Shown: piece after piece, positions 62,364 through 64,000 of the stretch | Numbering within the stretch: position 1 is the first letter of the stretch | Layout of the letters: the number at the start of each line of letters is the position of its first letter | Assembly (NCBI GenBank): GCA_023131055.1 | Contig: JAGMAB010000001.1 | Location: 1,486 to 65,485, forward strand | From: Candidatus Parcubacteria bacterium | GTDB taxonomy: Bacteria > Patescibacteriota > Minisyncoccia > Minisyncoccales > JAGMAB01 | Direction: 5' to 3' | Length of the DNA: 64,000 nt | Position numbers and translations under genes: made by a program | The notes under the pieces: generated by a model | What the model was told of the DNA's origin: nothing | The model's database searches: none | The model's input: the letters and a program-made list of their open reading frames with translations, nothing else

Positions 62364-62972
62364 ATGGCTTTGTTAAATTTTGAAGAAACAAAAAAACTTT
62401 TGCGGAAATATAAAATTCCGCTTTGCAAAACCAAAATAAGCAAATCAAAAGAACAAGCGATTAAAATAGCTGAAAAAATCGGGTATCCTTTGGTTTTGAA
62501 AATTGCTCCGCTTAAAATTGTTCATAAAACAAAAATTAACGGAGTGAAAACAGGAATAAAAAATGAAAAACAATTGAAAAAAACTTGGGATAATTTGTCA
62601 AAAGTCAAAGAAATTGAAGGAATTCTAATTCAAAAAATGCTCTCCGGCAGGGAAATAGTTTTGGGAATAAAAAGAGACCTGCAGCTTGGTTCGGTTTTAA
62701 TGTTTGGTTTGGGCGGAATTTTTGTTGAAGTTGTAAAAGATGTCTCTTTCAGAATTTGCCCTGTTTCAAAAAAACAAGCTGAAAAAATGGTCAAGGAAAT
62801 AAAGGGTTATCCTGTTTTATCTAACGAGGTGAATATTAAACAAATTATTAAAATCATTGTTAATCTTTCAAAACTTGCCGGAAGACAAAAAAAGATTAAA
62901 GAAATTGACTTAAATCCAATAATTGTTAATGAGAAAAAAGCGTTAGTTGTAGACGCTAAAATTATTGTATGA
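62364..62972 (+). CDS. acetyl-CoA synthetase (ADP-forming) ATP-grasp (beta-like) subunit
   Basis: 202 aa with an ATP-grasp pattern (KIGYPLVLKI..., GIKRDLQLGSVLMFGLGGIFVEV, DLNPIIV). ATGA overlap into the alpha-like gene. Confidence 0.65.
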   Translation: MALLNFEETKKLLRKYKIPLCKTKISKSKEQAIKIAEKIGYPLVLKIAPLKIVHKTKINGVKTGIKNEKQLKKTWDNLSKVKEIEGILIQKMLSGREIVLGIKRDLQLGSVLMFGLGGIFVEVVKDVSFRICPVSKKQAEKMVKEIKGYPVLSNEVNIKQIIKIIVNLSKLAGRQKKIKEIDLNPIIVNEKKALVVDAKIIV

Positions 62973-64000
62973 GAAATTTAGAAAGAATCTTTAATCCAAA
63001 ATCAATTGCCGTGCTTGGCGCCAAATCCGATATAAAATCAGTTGGATGGGGACTGATGAAAAATGTTTTAGAAGGCAAGACAAAAAGAAAAATTTTTGTG
63101 GTCAATCCTTTTAAAAAAGAAGTTTTTGGAATTAAGTGTTTTCCCAGCATAAAATCAATAAATGAGACGATTGATTTGGCAATAATTGTTGTACCGGCGC
63201 GCATAGTATTAAAAGTTGTAAAAGAATGCTGTGAGAAAAGAGTTGGGGGACTTATAATAATTTCTTCCGGTTTTGCGGAACGAGGAGAAAAAGGACAAAT
63301 TCTCCAAAAGAAAATTACGGAGATGGTTAAACAAGCAAAAATTCCGTTAATAGGACCCAATGTTTTAGGCATTATTCGTCCCTCAAAAAATTTAAACGCT
63401 TCATTCGCTCCGGCAACTCCCAACCAAGGAAAAATTGCCGTTGTTTCCCAATCAGGCGCTTTAATTGACTCAATAATTGACAGGTCGCTTTTTGAAAATT
63501 ATGGCTTTTCTACTTTAATTTCCTACGGAAATGAAGCGGATTTAGAATTATCTGATTTTCTTTTGTGGTTGAAAAAAGATAAAGAAACAAAGGTGATTGC
63601 TGTTTATCTTGAAGGTTTGAAGAACGGGCAAAAATTTATGAAAGTTGCCAAAGAAGTTGTAAAAATAAAACCAATTGTAATTATAAAAGCGGGAAGAAGT
63701 AAAAAAGGCGTTGAAGCCATAACTACTCACACCGCGTCTTTAGCCGGAGATTATGAAATTTATTCTGCGGCTTTCAAACAAATAGGTCTAATTCAAGTTG
63801 ATACGGTTGAACAACTTTTTGACACTGCTAAAAGTTTGGCTTGGCAGCCTAAATGCAAGAATAATATAGGCATTGTAACCAATGGCGGCGGCTGCGGCGT
63901 TTTAATGGCTGATTACTGCGACGAATTAGGAATTAAATTGGCAAAATTAAGCAAAACGACTTTAAAAAAATTAGCAAAAACAAAAAAAATGCACTTTGCT
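62969..64000 (+). CDS. acetyl-CoA synthetase (ADP-forming) CoA-binding/ligase (alpha-like) subunit, 3'-truncated by the window end
   Basis: Own translation: MRNLERIFNPKSIAVLGAKSD...VVPARIV...IGPNVLGII...VSQSGAL...HTASLAG.... Open to the window end and not listed in the ORF track. Confidence 0.75.
   Translation, partial: MRNLERIFNPKSIAVLGAKSDIKSVGWGLMKNVLEGKTKRKIFVVNPFKKEVFGIKCFPSIKSINETIDLAIIVVPARIVLKVVKECCEKRVGGLIIISSGFAERGEKGQILQKKITEMVKQAKIPLIGPNVLGIIRPSKNLNASFAPATPNQGKIAVVSQSGALIDSIIDRSLFENYGFSTLISYGNEADLELSDFLLWLKKDKETKVIAVYLEGLKNGQKFMKVAKEVVKIKPIVIIKAGRSKKGVEAITTHTASLAGDYEIYSAAFKQIGLIQVDTVEQLFDTAKSLAWQPKCKNNIGIVTNGGGCGVLMADYCDELGIKLAKLSKTTLKKLAKTKKMHFA

Noticed and set aside
62962-63423. 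153-aa minus-strand ORF
   Set aside because: The plus strand here translates into a convincing CoA-binding acetyl-CoA synthetase (ADP-forming) alpha-type protein that runs open to the window end.
1-64000. Alternative genetic code (UGA recoded, as in Gracilibacteria/Absconditabacteria)
   Set aside because: TGA terminates well-defined genes at the expected lengths (trmD at 922-924, the HD protein at 1684-1686, and ATGA-type overlaps at 52126 and 62969). Conserved proteins are intact under code 11.

Overview
Gene-dense, AT-rich bacterial DNA read with the standard code (TGA is a stop, for example at the end of trmD). The gene content and style suggest a reduced Patescibacteria/CPR-like genome: small overlapping genes, a dcw core (mraZ-rsmH-ftsL-ftsI), lysine-rich extensions on ribosomal protein L7/L12 and on FtsZ, a fermentative acetyl-CoA synthetase (ADP-forming) and partial glycolysis. 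This placement is inference only. Housekeeping content: trmD, rpmG, rplJ-rplL, rplU, recR, an intein-containing dnaB, cysS, cysK, dnaX, typA, ftsZ, trxB, eno, gpmA, gap, a MacAB-like efflux operon, a P-type ATPase plus Ca/Na antiporter, a membrane-anchored Hsp100-like ATPase, and six tRNAs (Tyr, Thr, Trp, Val, Glu, Gln). Two accessory loci stand out. (1) Next to tRNA-Gln (36.0-39.1 kb) is a restriction-modification islet whose N6-adenine methyltransferase is fused in frame to a complete, apparently self-cleavable LexA repressor. (2) A compositionally distinct island (43.3-55.4 kb) is driven by repeated near-consensus TTGACAAGGTTT promoters. It encodes a PNAG-like synthase/deacetylase pair and a SipW-type signal peptidase surrounded by four TasA/camelysin-like secreted proteins with elaborate C-terminal modules, which looks like a candidate surface-fibre/matrix apparatus. 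Smaller observations:
- a palindromic element embedded in frame in both eno and cysS;
- an unannotated three-micropeptide operon;
- a rod-like structured RNA candidate;
- a nonsense-interrupted serine protease;
- a 48-nt repeat shared by two distant intergenic regions.
All calls come from reading the sequence and ORF translations. No database searches were run.
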